The translations under genes were made by a program, and so were the position numbers. The notes beneath the pieces are model-generated. The model did not search any database, was not told the DNA's origin, and saw only the letters and a program-made list of their open reading frames with translations. Shown one piece after another: positions 26,701 to 27,251 of a DNA stretch of 27,251 nt. The DNA comes from Candidatus Velthaea sp. (GTDB taxonomy: Bacteria; Vulcanimicrobiota; Vulcanimicrobiia; Vulcanimicrobiales; Vulcanimicrobiaceae), in assembly GCA_050012475.1 (NCBI GenBank), contig JBEKHC010000069.1, forward strand, positions 1 through 27,251. Direction: 5' to 3'. Every line of letters begins with the position of its first letter. Within the stretch, counting starts at the first letter, position 1.

Positions 26701-27251
26701 GGCCGCAACCTGGAACCCGCAGTTGGCATACAACGGCGGAGCGATGCTCGGCACCGAAGCGCACGACGAAGGTTTCAACGTCGAACTTGCCGGCGGCGTG
26801 AACCTGGCGCGCGAGCCGCGGAACGGGCGCAACTTTGAGTACGCAGGCGAAGACCCGCTGCTCGCCGGCATCATCGTGGGCAATGAGATTCTGGGAACGC
26901 AATCTGCCCATGTCATCTCGACGATCAAACACGACGCGTTCAACGACCAGGAGACGGGTCGAACGGTGCTCAGCTCCGACATCACCGCCAGCGCGGCGCG
27001 CAATTCTGATCTGCTGGCCTTTCAAATCGCCGTTCAAACCGGCAGCCCGGGTGCGGTCATGTGCGCGTACAACGAAGTGAACTCCGTCTACTCGTGCTCG
27101 AATAGTTATCTGCTCGATACCGTGCTCAAAGGTGATTGGGCCTATCCCGGTTGGGTGATGTCGGATTGGGGCGCGGCTCACGCAGCCACGGACGCCCTGG
27201 CCGGTCTGGATCAAGAATCCGCCGGCAATACCTTCGGGCAGCATTTCGGTT
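23756..27251 (+). CDS. Large secreted multidomain carbohydrate-active protein, runs off the right edge: signal peptide, GH-A-like barrel, malectin, PT linker, malectin, GH3 beta-glucosidase
   Basis: TTG at 23756 follows GAGGG and the frame is open to the window end. PLGINV..FTDAMKQASPW..YPSGDYTLLYDGRG..DYVRNVRLILPG..LANATGDDPWFVIP. Malectins at ~25352-25800 and ~25925-26370 (LAINAGG..VLHFAEIYF..RVFNV..NGIEV). GH3 from ~26420 (AREPRNGRNFEYAGEDP, KH, MCAYN, VMSDW at 27155-27169). Confidence 0.93.
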   Translation, partial: MRPIDRARHLLFFRRLRSWLVRLWIVALMSASVGVGASTNGSALPQGLITVRTTYGASAGTPLGINVDDLAQSASAVFTDAMKQASPWSSDRALALDAAGNVTQLAPGQVARSVVYPFATYPSGDYTLLYDGRGTIDVDPHSGSVTEAAAGRAVVRVTAQPGFGIHLRLLATDARDYVRNVRLILPGYAAVYQSVPFTSAFLARVAAFNVVRFVHWSHADTSMVPLTWPMRPSVNAFTQAGASGVAWDYQIALANATGDDPWFVIPAGATNLYVTQLAALVHARLDTRLHPMFEYAQGSWQPGTAPNRYAVTAGRAFGLATDPQAAAVAWYATRSAQVFALVQQAFGADAGRVVRVVGGAVKLSRSPAETIDRTILARTAALHGADAFAVDASDASPAAIAYTRSLLSGTRLQLIASGGAVTFTSAQGVVAATRAELGAWRSAGGGLFVASSVTGSLSATGWLSRLSTAFETQLEALRTGALSAFAQQYPAAHVAPQPPAVQSVLVPMALSKASVAGTRRSTARASIAAAATDVLAINAGGPATGNFAADEDYSTKNTWTYTTTTSVSTSGVTNAAPAAVYQSQRTGSITYTLPGLTASKTYSVVLHFAEIYFKAAGARVFNVSMNGTPVLTNFDVYKTAGSAFKAVVETFSATANASGQIALVFTAVTDNPIVNGIEVQTSGSGPSPTPTPTTGPTPTPTIKPTTAPTATPTTTPTAVPTGSDVLAIDAGGPAVGTFAADTDYSANGSWTYTTSTAVSTSGVTNAAPAAVYQTQRTGSFTYTLPNLTAGKTYNVLLHFAELYFKATAARVFNVSINGTPVLTNFDVYQTAGSEFKAVVETFSATANGSGQIAIVFAPVTNNPIVNGIEVRTSGSGPTPTPSPTGSPTTPDQRAAAIVNQLTVTEALSLVEGDYGFPTTTVPKPAGALGSAGYVPGVPRLAVPALQESDAGLGVTDHTNTITGLPIRGTGGYSTALPSGLATAATWNPQLAYNGGAMLGTEAHDEGFNVELAGGVNLAREPRNGRNFEYAGEDPLLAGIIVGNEILGTQSAHVISTIKHDAFNDQETGRTVLSSDITASAARNSDLLAFQIAVQTGSPGAVMCAYNEVNSVYSCSNSYLLDTVLKGDWAYPGWVMSDWGAAHAATDALAGLDQESAGNTFGQHFG
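25352..26400 (+). repeat. Internal tandem duplication of the malectin module (~450 bp) separated by a Pro/Thr linker
   Basis: Two copies share long DNA matches such as GTTTCGACGAGCGGCGTGAC, GTGTTCAACGTGAGCAT and CGTCAACGGAATCGAAGTGC. Confidence 0.9.

Overview
This is high-GC bacterial DNA in three parts. (1) About 1-6350 is an eroded accessory/island region. It holds two IS21 istA remnants, a Tn3-family tnpA remnant, a decayed tRNA-Asp/att-like site and a second att-like tRNA 3' fragment. Intact within it is a divergent pair of triple-repeat genes: a 3x minimal phage tail-collar protein and a 3x gp53/H-type-lectin-like protein. (2) About 6400-16700 is a redox and fatty-acid catabolic cluster. 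Intact genes: a beta-hydroxyacid dehydrogenase, an MDR oxidoreductase, a PucR/CdaR regulator, an acyl-CoA dehydrogenase, a fatty acyl-CoA ligase and a Baeyer-Villiger monooxygenase. They are interleaved with remnants of phaC, phaZ (partly inverted), a tandemly duplicated SDR 5' end and an aldehyde dehydrogenase 5' end. (3) About 16700 to the end holds small genes (secreted protein, XapX, SnoaL, MarR), a coupled MDR oxidoreductase plus GH15 glucoamylase, and a >1160-aa secreted ORF missing from the ORF track. That ORF fuses an apparently catalytically dead GH-A-like barrel, two malectin domains and a GH3 glycosidase. All family calls come from motif recognition by eye; no searches were run.
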